Shown here: positions 28,752 to 37,874 of the stretch, in pieces | Numbering within the stretch: the first letter of the stretch is position 1 | Layout of the letters: every line of letters begins with the position of its first letter | IMG/VR virus record: IMGVR_UViG_3300034102_003702 | Location: 1-64,000 of that record | Reading direction: 5' to 3' (one strand) | Source: an uncultured virus (IMG/VR IMGVR_UViG_3300034102_003702) | Lineage: Duplodnaviria > Heunggongvirae > Uroviricota > Caudoviricetes | DNA length: 64,000 nucleotides | Program-made: the position numbers and the translations under genes | Notes under the pieces: generated by a model | What the model was told of the DNA's origin: nothing | The model's input: only the letters and a program-made list of their open reading frames with translations | Database searches by the model: none

Positions 28752-29411
28752 ATGTCATCTTGTCAAGACGATGTTGCAGTTGGCGGTCAATTAATGGTAG
28801 GTGCAGGATTACCTCCTTCACTTGGAGTTGGTCCCTCTAAAATTAATGGTTCTGCATTTGTTGAAGGACCAATGCAGGTTGGTGCAGCTCAGCAATTTGG
28901 AAAAGTTGATGCAACTTTAATGGTTGGTCAAACTTTTAATTCTGAATCTAAGTCTCCACTATATTCTTTATGGGCAAGACTTTATTCAAGGTTTCAAAAT
29001 TTTGTTCGCGTTGATGTTTTATTGAAATCAAAATACATAGAAGCAGAAACAATTTATTGCAAACACTTTTATTGTCCAGACAAACATTTCTTAATTGATC
29101 ACCCTTCAGAACAAGGAAAGAAATTAATTTATGGATGTTTGGAAGGACCAGAGAATGGTGTTTATGTTCGAGGAAAAGTTTTAAATAGAGATTATATTGA
29201 ACTTCCTCGTTATTGGAAAGATTTGGTGGATGAAACTACAATTACGGTTTCATTAACTCCGATTGGTTCTCATCAAGACGTTATTGTAAAAAGAATCGAT
29301 GAGAGTAAGGTATACTTGCAAGCAAAACCTGGTATGCCAATTCATTGTTTTTATCATATTTTTGCTACAAGAAAAGATATTCCTAGATTAGAAGTAGAGG
29401 TTCAAGAATAA
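28752..29411 (+). CDS. Virion protein with chaperone-like C-terminal domain
   Basis: KHFLIDHPS..GKKLIYGCLEGPENGVYVRG...LPRYWKDLVD. Confidence 0.6.
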   Translation: MSSCQDDVAVGGQLMVGAGLPPSLGVGPSKINGSAFVEGPMQVGAAQQFGKVDATLMVGQTFNSESKSPLYSLWARLYSRFQNFVRVDVLLKSKYIEAETIYCKHFYCPDKHFLIDHPSEQGKKLIYGCLEGPENGVYVRGKVLNRDYIELPRYWKDLVDETTITVSLTPIGSHQDVIVKRIDESKVYLQAKPGMPIHCFYHIFATRKDIPRLEVEVQE

Positions 29412-30154
29412 TGGCAATTACATTCCAAAAATCAGGTTCCTTTACGGGACCAGGATTTGATTTTGAATATAGAGATAATGATGATTTTTCTTTACAATTT
29501 ACTGACTTAACTTTTCCAGACGATGTTGGAATGATTCTTGTAAACACATTATCTTCTCCGAATGATTATGTGTATATGCATCTTGCAGGAACAAGCACTG
29601 CTAATGTAACGCTTGAAGCAAGTTATGGGAACATTCCTGTTTTCAATTTTAATGCAACACAAACTAATTTTAATGGCAATATTACTGCCACTGGAACAAT
29701 ATCTGCCCCTTCATTTGCAGGTGCTGCTTGGTCAAGTTTAGTTAGTGATGTAAATAGCAAAAAGTCTTTTGATATTTCTCATCCCTCAAAGGAAGGATAT
29801 AGACTCAGATATATCTGCGTAGAAGGTCCAGAGGCAGAAGTTTATTTTAGGGGAAAACTTTCTAATGGAAATGTTATAGAACTTCCAGATTATTGGAAAG
29901 ATTTGGTTGATATTGAAACTGTGGGCGTAACTCTAACCCCTATTGGGTGCTATCAAGAACTCTTCGTGGAAAAAATTGAGTGGGGGACCAAGATTATTGT
30001 AAAAAATAATGCAGGTGGTGCTGTTAATTGTTCTTATGTTGTCTATGGAGAAAGAAAGGATGTTGATAAGAATATTTCAGAATATCAAGGAACAAGTCCT
30101 GCCGATTATCCTGGTGACAATTCTCAATATGTGATTAATGGTATAAGGGCTTGA
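29411..30154 (+). CDS. Paralogue of the preceding protein (same C-terminal domain)
   Basis: KSFDISHPSK.GYRLRYICVEGPEAEVYFRG...LPDYWKDLVD. Confidence 0.6.
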   Translation: MAITFQKSGSFTGPGFDFEYRDNDDFSLQFTDLTFPDDVGMILVNTLSSPNDYVYMHLAGTSTANVTLEASYGNIPVFNFNATQTNFNGNITATGTISAPSFAGAAWSSLVSDVNSKKSFDISHPSKEGYRLRYICVEGPEAEVYFRGKLSNGNVIELPDYWKDLVDIETVGVTLTPIGCYQELFVEKIEWGTKIIVKNNAGGAVNCSYVVYGERKDVDKNISEYQGTSPADYPGDNSQYVINGIRA

Positions 30155-30180
30155 CACGCCTCTCCAGGACCTGCTATGAT
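30151..30180 (+). promoter_or_regulatory. Sigma70-like promoter with extended -10
   Basis: TTGACA, 18 nt spacer, TGcTATGAT; palindrome TACCTAGGTA at 30180-30189. Confidence 0.7.
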
Positions 30181-30206
30181 ACCTAGGTAATCACGAAACG
30201 AACCGA

Positions 30207-30389
30207 ATGCAAGGCGAGTACCTGACCCGCTGTGTCGTAGACCCTATTAAGCGTACCGTGTATCTTTATTCTAGTGAAGGGACAGAAAAGCAAGTGTCCT
30301 GTGATACTGTTGATGAGTTTATGAATGTGCTAGAATTTGTTCGTTCAACACTTGATGAAAGTACTCTCTCATACGCAAATCCACTTTAA
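30207..30389 (+). CDS. Small hypothetical protein
   Basis: 60-aa ORF downstream of the promoter. Confidence 0.7.
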   Translation: MQGEYLTRCVVDPIKRTVYLYSSEGTEKQVSCDTVDEFMNVLEFVRSTLDESTLSYANPL

Positions 30390-30391
30390 GT

Positions 30392-30451
30392 TTCATTTTT
30401 GGGGGTAAAAAAACCCGGTAAAAATTCTCACACGATACTTTTTTTAAAATG
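30392..30451 (+). repeat. Intergenic motif, copy 2 (similar to 8944-9000)
   Basis: TTCATTTTT-GGGGG-TAAAAAAA-CCCGG-TAAAAATTC-TCAC...TACTTTTTTT-AAAATG. Confidence 0.6.
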
Positions 30452-30628
30452 CGTCCAGAAACAAGAGAATCAATGGAAATGCTTTTCACAGCAAAGTGGA
30501 ACATTCCAAAGGCAGCAGAAAACTGTAATCTTACAAATAAAGAAATGAAGATTACCTTTAATGAATACTGCCGTTTACATCCTGCTACTTATATGGTAGA
30601 ATGTAGCAATCAACTCAGTCTTCTCTGA
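30449..30628 (+). CDS. Small hypothetical protein (59 aa, not in ORF track)
   Basis: MRPETRESMEMLFTAKWNIPKAAENCNLT... Confidence 0.6.
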   Translation: MRPETRESMEMLFTAKWNIPKAAENCNLTNKEMKITFNEYCRLHPATYMVECSNQLSLL

Positions 30629-30635
30629 GTTTTTT
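30612..30635 (+). terminator. Hairpin plus T run just upstream of tRNA-Leu
   Basis: AACTCAG-TCTTCT-CTGAGTT followed by TTTT. Confidence 0.45.
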
Positions 30636-30637
30636 AT

Positions 30638-30710
30638 GCCCGTGTAGTCCAGCGGAAGAGACAAACGACTTAAAATCGTTCCAGCGTCAGTTCGAATCTG
30701 ACCACGGGTA
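30638..30710 (+). tRNA. trnL: tRNA-Leu(TAA), short variable loop, CCA not encoded
   Basis: Acceptor GCCCGTG/CACGGGT, anticodon arm AACGA-CTTAAAA-TCGTT, T arm GTCAG-TTCGAAT-CTGAC. Confidence 0.85.
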
Positions 30711-30759
30711 TTAGAGGATATAAACTTCCTCTAAATAAACAAAAGTAGGAAAAGTTCCT

Positions 30760-31029
30760 ATGAAGTACAGAATTGATGCCAGGTATTGTTGGTATAATCA
30801 AGGAGCACAAATTGTTCTGATGTACTTTATAAATCAAGTTCCTTTTACTTTTGACGAACTTCCAGACGACTCAATTTATGATCTGGAACTAATCAAATTA
30901 GCAGATACAGAAAGAAGATTTGAACCAGAGGATTTATACAGAACATCATTCTATTTGATTGATGAAGAGTGTCATCCAATGTTGTTTGAACTTGAACTGG
31001 AAAATCCAGAAATGTTGCCTGTTGATTAA
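30760..31029 (+). CDS. Hypothetical protein
   Basis: 89-aa ORF between the tRNAs; AGGA RBS. Confidence 0.75.
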   Translation: MKYRIDARYCWYNQGAQIVLMYFINQVPFTFDELPDDSIYDLELIKLADTERRFEPEDLYRTSFYLIDEECHPMLFELELENPEMLPVD

Positions 31030-31031
31030 AT

Positions 31032-31103
31032 GCCCTTGTAGCTCAGTGGTAGAGCAACGGTTTTGTAAACCGTTGGTCGTCTGTTCGAATCAGATCGGGG
31101 GCT
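31032..31103 (+). tRNA. trnT: tRNA-Thr(TGT), CCA not encoded
   Basis: D arm GCTC-AGTGGTA-GAGC, anticodon arm ACGGT-TTTGTAA-ACCGT, T loop TTCGAAT. Confidence 0.9.
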
Positions 31104-31125
31104 TTGAGTTCTTTATAACTCCAAA

Positions 31126-31299
31126 ATGAACATTAATCTTTGGTATTGCGAGTCCATGAAACAATGGCGTTGGACTCTTACTGACAGTTCGCGTCCTATT
31201 CGCAGACAAGAATCAGGACAACAACCATTTCTTCGTGATGCTATGAATGATGTAGCAAATACTGTAGAATATATGTTAGAATGCAAACAAAATGAGTAA
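31126..31299 (+). CDS. Small hypothetical protein (57 aa, not in ORF track)
   Basis: MNINLWYCESMKQWRWTLTD...AMNDVANTVEYML. Confidence 0.6.
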   Translation: MNINLWYCESMKQWRWTLTDSSRPIRRQESGQQPFLRDAMNDVANTVEYMLECKQNE

Positions 31300-31309
31300 T
31301 AATACTTAA

Positions 31310-31939
31310 ATGAAATCGGATTTTTATATAGATAAAGTTGGAAAGGATGAAGTAAAAAACTTACTTTATACTCACCATTATCTAAAAGACAAATCCAAAG
31401 ATTTTAAATCAGGTTTCAATTATGGACTTTACCGCAATTGTTTCACAGATGTCCTTAGGATTGGCAACTGCCTTGGTGTTTGCATTTTTACTGGTCTCCC
31501 AGTTCCAGAAATTGCCGTAGGTGCTTTTGGATTGAAGAGAGATGAGCAAGAAGGTTTATTTGAACTTTCCCGTCTCTGTATTCATCCAGAAGTTCAGAAA
31601 GAAGAATATAATATCACATCTTGGTTTGTAAGTAGATGTATTAAGAGGTTTAGAAAAGATGCCACGGTTCGTGCTGTTCTTAGTTACGCTGACTCTAATC
31701 ACCACTCTGGAATTATATACAGAGCTTGTAATTTTCAGTACTACGGTTTAACTGACGCTAAAAAAGATTTCTACTATGCTGATGGAACTAAACATTCACG
31801 AGGTAGTGTCAAAGGTGCTGATGGTGAGTGGCGTGATAGGAGTCGTAAACATCGGTATCTTATGGTTTTCGACAAAAAACTTAAACAACAGTTGACTTGG
31901 AAAGAACAAGAATGGTATAATATTAAAGGCGATACTTAA
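31310..31939 (+). CDS. Mom-like (GNAT-fold) DNA-modification protein
   Basis: HHYL, ELSRLC, SWFVSRC, VLSYAD..H.G.IYRACNF.Y.G. Confidence 0.75.
   Translation: MKSDFYIDKVGKDEVKNLLYTHHYLKDKSKDFKSGFNYGLYRNCFTDVLRIGNCLGVCIFTGLPVPEIAVGAFGLKRDEQEGLFELSRLCIHPEVQKEEYNITSWFVSRCIKRFRKDATVRAVLSYADSNHHSGIIYRACNFQYYGLTDAKKDFYYADGTKHSRGSVKGADGEWRDRSRKHRYLMVFDKKLKQQLTWKEQEWYNIKGDT
31892..31921 (+). promoter_or_regulatory. Sigma70-like promoter within the 3' end of the mom-like gene
   Basis: TTGACT, 18 nt spacer, TGgTATAAT. Confidence 0.6.
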
Positions 31940-31963
31940 CCAAATCCCTTCCGTGTGCTTCAG

Positions 31964-31987
31964 AACCTCCCTTGTGGAGGTTTTGTT
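31964..31987 (+). terminator. Intrinsic terminator
   Basis: AACCTCC-CTTGT-GGAGGTT followed by TTGTT. Confidence 0.7.
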
Positions 31988-32028
31988 GTATGATAAATAA
32001 TCCATAACGGAACTTATAATAAAATAAG

Positions 32029-35000
32029 ATGGGTCTCTCTCGTTTAGATAATTTTCTAAAGTCTGTTCGTGGTACAATCATATATGTTGATCCAAACAGT
32101 CTTGATTCTACGGATAGTATTGAGAATCAAGGAAACTCACTGACTCGTCCATTTAAAACGATTCAAAGAGCACTAATTGAGGCATCAAGATTCTCTTACC
32201 AAAGAGGACTGAATAATGATAGATTTGGTAAAACAACAATTCTTCTATATCCAGGCGATCACGTTATAGATAATCGTCCAGGATGGATTCCTGATGGTTC
32301 AAATAATTTTAGACTTAGGAATGGTTCTACAAGTAATAATTTTCCTGCTTGGGATTTAACATCAAACTTTGATCTCACTACATCAGATAACGTACTTTAT
32401 AAAATGAATAGTATTCATGGAGGAGTTATTATTCCTCGTGGTACTTCAATTGTTGGACTCGATTTAAGAAAGACTAAAATTCGTCCAAAGTATGTTCCCA
32501 ATCCAACTAACGATAATATTGAAAGATCGACTATTTTCCGTGTAACCGGCGGATGTTATATATGGCAGTTTTCTTTATTTGATGCCGATCCAAATGGACA
32601 GTGCTATCTTGATTACACTGAAAATCTTTTTGTACCTAACTTCTCTCATCACAAATTATCTTGCTTTGAATATGCTGATGGAGTAAATGATGTAAATATT
32701 GATGATGTTTTTCAAACATATTCAACAGATCGTACTGACCTGGATATGTATTATGAGAAAGTTGGACTTGCATATGGACAATCATCTGGTCGTGCAATTG
32801 AACCAGATTATCCTTCATCTAGCATTGATATTCAACCCAAGATTGATGAATATCGTATTGTAGGTTCTACTGGAGCATCTGTTGGTATTTCAAGTATTAT
32901 TTCTGGTAATGGAATTACTCCATCAAAAATAATTACAGTTACTACTGAATCTGGCGTATCTGGCCTTGATGTAGATACTCCATTCAGAATTTCTGGTATT
33001 ATTGCAGAAGGTTATAACGGACAATTTGTTGTAACTGAAAAATTAAGTGACACTGTAATTAAATATCAAGTTCAAAATGCCCCATTGGTTGCTTTCCCAT
33101 CATCAACTGGGTCAACTTTATCACTTACTTCCGATACTGTAACTTCAGCATCTCCATACATCTTTAACATCTCTTTACGTTCTGTTTATGGAATGTGCGG
33201 AGTTCTTGCTGATGGTGATAAGGCATCAGGATTTAAATCAATGGTTATTGCCCAATTCACGGGTATTGGATTGCAGAAAGATGATAATGCGTTTGTATTG
33301 TACAATTCATCTACGGGAACTTATGATGATACTACAGTTCCTGGAAATGAGACAATTAGTACAAATTCAAGAGCAATCTTTAAACCCACATATAGGAATT
33401 TCCATATTAAGGCAATTAATGATGCATTTGTTCAGAATGTTTCAATCTTTGCGATTGGTTATGCTGAACATTTTGCTGTAGAAAGTGGTGGTGACTTTTC
33501 AGTTACCAACTCAAACTCTAACTTTGGAGCAAAGGCACTTGTTGCTTCAGGTTTTAGAAGAAATGCATTTCCTCAAGATGATCTTGGTTATATCACTCAT
33601 ATTATTCCACCAAAAGAAATTCCAAAGGTTGAAACCGCAATTGAATTTAATTCAATTGACGTAAGTAAGACCGTTGGGGTTGCTTCAACAGGATATCTCT
33701 ATCTTTATAATCAAACAAACTCTGATGTTGCACCAGAAAATGTTCTAGAAGGATATCGTATTGGTGCTAGAGAAAATGATACTCTAAAAGTTATAATTTC
33801 AGCAGGAAGCACTGCATCAGAATATAGTGCTCGTATTGTAATGCCTGGATCTCAGACAACTTCTGAGAAGAAATTCTATGTAAGTCGTAGTATTTCTGGT
33901 ATTAATAATATTTCCAGCAATACACTTTCATTAACACAAAATCATACATTTATAAATGGAGAATCAGTTCGCATATTGAGTGATAATGGACAACTTCCTG
34001 ATGGTTTGTTGCCAAATACAGTTTATTATGCAATTACGAGTAGTAATGCAAGCAGTGGACTTACAACAACTACGCAACTGAAACTTGCAAAAACTCAAAA
34101 CGATGCCATCAGTGCAAGTGAGATTTTAATTAACAACAAAGGTGGTATTTTAAGTGTTGTAAGTAGAGTATCTGATAAGAATTCTGGGGACATTGGACAC
34201 CCAGTTCAGTTTGATTATAGTAATTCGCAATGGTATATTCAGGTATCAAACAGTGAAACTGATAATAAGATTTATCCAGCAATCGTAAGTTTTGGTTCAA
34301 CTATTCTTGGTGCAGCAACTCCTAGAACATATATCAATCGTAAGCAAGATTCAAGAAATGCAAATGATACGATTTATCGTCTAAGATATGTAATTCCCGC
34401 ATCTTCTGGATTGTATGCAAGACCACCAAGTGATGGATTTGTTATTCAAGAATCTAATACCACTATTGGAGCAACTAGCGGAGAAATTCAAACTTATTTT
34501 GGTGCTGGTTCTATTTCAAATGTAAATCAGCAAAGAAACTTTAGATTCGTTGCTGATGCCCAGTGGCAAGCAGGTATTGCATATATCACTACAGAACTTC
34601 CTCATAATTTATCAGTAGGATCTGAAGTCACATTTTTTAATATTAAAAGTTCAAATAATGTAATTGGTGCAAGTAATTCTGGATATAATGGAACTTATGT
34701 AGTAAGTACAATTACAAATGCTAAAGTATTTACATTTGCTTTAGACACTGATCCAGGTGCATTAACAAATGATATTTCAGCAAGAGATTCTTCTCTTCCA
34801 TATTTTAAAAGAAGTAAGTATAAGAATACCTATTATAATCTCAAAACTCAAGAAGCACAAAAATATATTGCAGGGCAACAAGATGGTGTCTATTACTTAA
34901 CTGTTCTAAATTCCTCCAATTCCCCAAGTGTTGATCCTTTTACTGAGGAAAAATATTCTCAACCAGTAAAAGAACTTTATCCGCAAACAAATCGTGATAA

Positions 35001-37863
35001 TCCAGAATCAGATCCAGATGAGACTCAATCGTTTGCATCTTCATCAGTAATTGGTGAAGTTGTAGTTAATGATGTCCGTAAGAGTATTACAAAAGAAACA
35101 ATCTCCAAAGTTCTATCGGATAGTAATGTAGGCATTGCTATTACAGATATTACTTCAACAGATGCATCTACACATACTGTACATACTGCTATTGATCATG
35201 GATTAAATCGTATCACACAAGTCAGTATTACTAATGCTGGATCTGGATATGGGTATGGAAGTGCTACAAGTTTATATAATGCAAGTCTTGTTGGATTTGC
35301 TGGATCTGCTACAGGTGCCTTCGCTACTGCCAAAATATCAGTAGATGGATCAGGATCTATTTCTGATATTGTAATCATGGATGGTGGGTCTTCTTATGGA
35401 ATTGGAAATACTCTTTCTGTTGTAGGTGTTGCAACAACCACAGGATATTCTCCGGCAGTAGTAACAGTTACTCAAATCTATAATAATGTTGGAGATACTA
35501 TCAGAATTTCTGGAGTATCCTCCGAAGGTTATTCTACATTTAATGATCTTTATAGAATTACAAATGTTACTGTTGGAGCTGGGTATAGATTTGCAGTTTC
35601 TTCTGCATCTTCAATTTCAGTTGGTTCAACACTTGGTATTGGAACGCAATTTACATTAAATGCATTTGCTGACCTAACTGGAGAAGCAATTAGAGTTAGT
35701 TCATTGGCATATGATAATAATTCTGGAATTGCAACTATTACAACTTCTAACCGTCATGGGTTAAAGGTTGATAATAAGATTCGTTTAATAGGATCTACTG
35801 AAGAAATATATAACGGAGATTTTGTTGTCAAAGAAAATCTCAATCTAAATTCATTCTCCGTTACGATTGGTGTTGGAACATTTTCTCCTTCAGCAGCAGG
35901 AACTCTTTATGCATATCGCGAAGGTGTAACATCAAATGGTGGTACAATTACAGTTGATAATGAAAATTTAAATGGCAGAATGATTCCAACTTATGCTGGA
36001 ATTACAACTACTTTATCAGCACTTATTCCAGATGCACTTACGGACCAGATTAACATTCAAAATATTGAAAATCTTGATATTAAAATTGGTGATTATTTGG
36101 TAATTGACGAAGAAATCGTGAGAGTAAAAACAACTATTCCAAGTACTCCAACAAATCCAATTTATGTTTTCCGTGGAGTTCTTGGAACAAAAGCAGTTAG
36201 TCATTCAGTCAACTCTGTTGTAAGAAGAATTTATGCCAATCCAATTGAGTTCCGTAGGCATTCAATCATTCGTGCATCTGGTCATACATTTGAATATGTT
36301 GGATTTGGTCCTGGTAACTATTCAACTGCATTCCCAGATAAACAAGATCGTCAGATTTCTTCAATAGAGGAACTCCTTGCACAATCAACCAGAAAAGATG
36401 GTGGTATTAACTTCTATACTGGTATGAATGATAAGGGTATTTCATACTCAGGAAATAAGAGATTGAGTTCAGTTACAGGTCAAGAAGAAATCTTTGATAC
36501 TCCTGTCCAAACTGTAACTGGTGAAGATATTGGAGGACTTCCTGGATTAAATGTTATTACTCCAGTTCAAGGAACATTTAGTCGTTCAATTCGTGTTGAT
36601 GGTGGTAGTGATGGCAAATCAATTTCTGAGTTTAATGGACCTGTTGTATTTGGAAATAAGATAACATCAACTTCCAATAAAGGTATTGAAGCATTCTCGC
36701 TGTTCTTGCAGGGCGATGCTACAGTTTCTAGAAAATATACCGTTGGAGTTACTACACCAATACTTTCGGGTAATCCTGGAGATGTAATTTACTATCAAAA
36801 TCCAACGAAGGGTGGATATCTTGGATGGGTTTATACTACTGACAATGAATGGTATCGTTTTGGTGCTGTCAGCCTTTCCAAAGATTTAAATATTGCTCTC
36901 TTTGATCAGGTTGGTATTGCAACCACAAGTCCCGGTTCCAATCTTCTTCAGGTTGGTGGTGGATCTTCAATTGTTTCCATTAATTCAAGTGGTGGTGTTG
37001 GCATTGGAACCAGTGCAAATCAATTTAAACTTCAGATAAATGGCAGTACAAATTTCATCGGCACTTGCTACGGTTCTTACTTCTCTGGCGATGGAAGTGG
37101 ATTAACAAATATAAATGTAAGTGCTGCCGGGTGGTCTCAAATTAGTGGTGGAATTTATAATACATTATTGGGTACTGTTGGTATTGGTACATCAGTTCCT
37201 AGATTTAATCTTGAAGTTGGTCCTGTTGGAACATCTGCAACGACACTTTATGTTAATGGAGAGGCAGTATTTGCTGGAATTATCACCGCAAATAATGTAT
37301 TTGTAAGCGGAATGCTAACCGCAACGGCATTTGATCTAAAGTCAACATCGGGTCAAATTAGAGCAGGTATTGTTACTACAACAAATCTTATAGTTGGTAG
37401 TGCTGGAACTACGCTCACAACTAATGGTCCATTAATTGGTATTGGAACAGCAGTACCAAGAGCAAAACTTGACATTGAGGGGCATACAAGATTTAAGACA
37501 TATTCCGAAGTTGTTCAAACAATCTCAAGTTCGTCTAATATTGTCACAATTGATCTGTCTCAGGCACAGTCATTCGATTTTACATTATCGGAAACAGTTA
37601 ATCAATTTACGATTATTAATGCACCATCTGGAGCAAGTTCATTTGTTATTAAAATTGCACAAAATGCAATTGGTGGATATCTGGTTGATATTGATGACTT
37701 TAGAAATTCTAGTGGAGGAATTTTACCGGTTTATTGGCCTGGTGGTGGTGTTCTGCCAACCATAACACCAACTGCAAATAGAGCGGATATATATTCATTC
37801 AAGACTTTTGATGGTGGAGTATCTTGGTACGGTTTCGTTGACGGACAAAACTTTGTTAACTAA
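32029..37863 (+). CDS. Very large tail/fibre structural protein (1944 aa)
   Basis: YVDP...PFKTIQRAL beta-helix-type N-terminus, repeated T...H.L..G beta modules, VGIGT fibre repeats; GATAAATA late-promoter motif at 31992. Confidence 0.8.
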   Translation: MGLSRLDNFLKSVRGTIIYVDPNSLDSTDSIENQGNSLTRPFKTIQRALIEASRFSYQRGLNNDRFGKTTILLYPGDHVIDNRPGWIPDGSNNFRLRNGSTSNNFPAWDLTSNFDLTTSDNVLYKMNSIHGGVIIPRGTSIVGLDLRKTKIRPKYVPNPTNDNIERSTIFRVTGGCYIWQFSLFDADPNGQCYLDYTENLFVPNFSHHKLSCFEYADGVNDVNIDDVFQTYSTDRTDLDMYYEKVGLAYGQSSGRAIEPDYPSSSIDIQPKIDEYRIVGSTGASVGISSIISGNGITPSKIITVTTESGVSGLDVDTPFRISGIIAEGYNGQFVVTEKLSDTVIKYQVQNAPLVAFPSSTGSTLSLTSDTVTSASPYIFNISLRSVYGMCGVLADGDKASGFKSMVIAQFTGIGLQKDDNAFVLYNSSTGTYDDTTVPGNETISTNSRAIFKPTYRNFHIKAINDAFVQNVSIFAIGYAEHFAVESGGDFSVTNSNSNFGAKALVASGFRRNAFPQDDLGYITHIIPPKEIPKVETAIEFNSIDVSKTVGVASTGYLYLYNQTNSDVAPENVLEGYRIGARENDTLKVIISAGSTASEYSARIVMPGSQTTSEKKFYVSRSISGINNISSNTLSLTQNHTFINGESVRILSDNGQLPDGLLPNTVYYAITSSNASSGLTTTTQLKLAKTQNDAISASEILINNKGGILSVVSRVSDKNSGDIGHPVQFDYSNSQWYIQVSNSETDNKIYPAIVSFGSTILGAATPRTYINRKQDSRNANDTIYRLRYVIPASSGLYARPPSDGFVIQESNTTIGATSGEIQTYFGAGSISNVNQQRNFRFVADAQWQAGIAYITTELPHNLSVGSEVTFFNIKSSNNVIGASNSGYNGTYVVSTITNAKVFTFALDTDPGALTNDISARDSSLPYFKRSKYKNTYYNLKTQEAQKYIAGQQDGVYYLTVLNSSNSPSVDPFTEEKYSQPVKELYPQTNRDNPESDPDETQSFASSSVIGEVVVNDVRKSITKETISKVLSDSNVGIAITDITSTDASTHTVHTAIDHGLNRITQVSITNAGSGYGYGSATSLYNASLVGFAGSATGAFATAKISVDGSGSISDIVIMDGGSSYGIGNTLSVVGVATTTGYSPAVVTVTQIYNNVGDTIRISGVSSEGYSTFNDLYRITNVTVGAGYRFAVSSASSISVGSTLGIGTQFTLNAFADLTGEAIRVSSLAYDNNSGIATITTSNRHGLKVDNKIRLIGSTEEIYNGDFVVKENLNLNSFSVTIGVGTFSPSAAGTLYAYREGVTSNGGTITVDNENLNGRMIPTYAGITTTLSALIPDALTDQINIQNIENLDIKIGDYLVIDEEIVRVKTTIPSTPTNPIYVFRGVLGTKAVSHSVNSVVRRIYANPIEFRRHSIIRASGHTFEYVGFGPGNYSTAFPDKQDRQISSIEELLAQSTRKDGGINFYTGMNDKGISYSGNKRLSSVTGQEEIFDTPVQTVTGEDIGGLPGLNVITPVQGTFSRSIRVDGGSDGKSISEFNGPVVFGNKITSTSNKGIEAFSLFLQGDATVSRKYTVGVTTPILSGNPGDVIYYQNPTKGGYLGWVYTTDNEWYRFGAVSLSKDLNIALFDQVGIATTSPGSNLLQVGGGSSIVSINSSGGVGIGTSANQFKLQINGSTNFIGTCYGSYFSGDGSGLTNINVSAAGWSQISGGIYNTLLGTVGIGTSVPRFNLEVGPVGTSATTLYVNGEAVFAGIITANNVFVSGMLTATAFDLKSTSGQIRAGIVTTTNLIVGSAGTTLTTNGPLIGIGTAVPRAKLDIEGHTRFKTYSEVVQTISSSSNIVTIDLSQAQSFDFTLSETVNQFTIINAPSGASSFVIKIAQNAIGGYLVDIDDFRNSSGGILPVYWPGGGVLPTITPTANRADIYSFKTFDGGVSWYGFVDGQNFVN

Positions 37864-37874
37864 AGGAGATTGAT

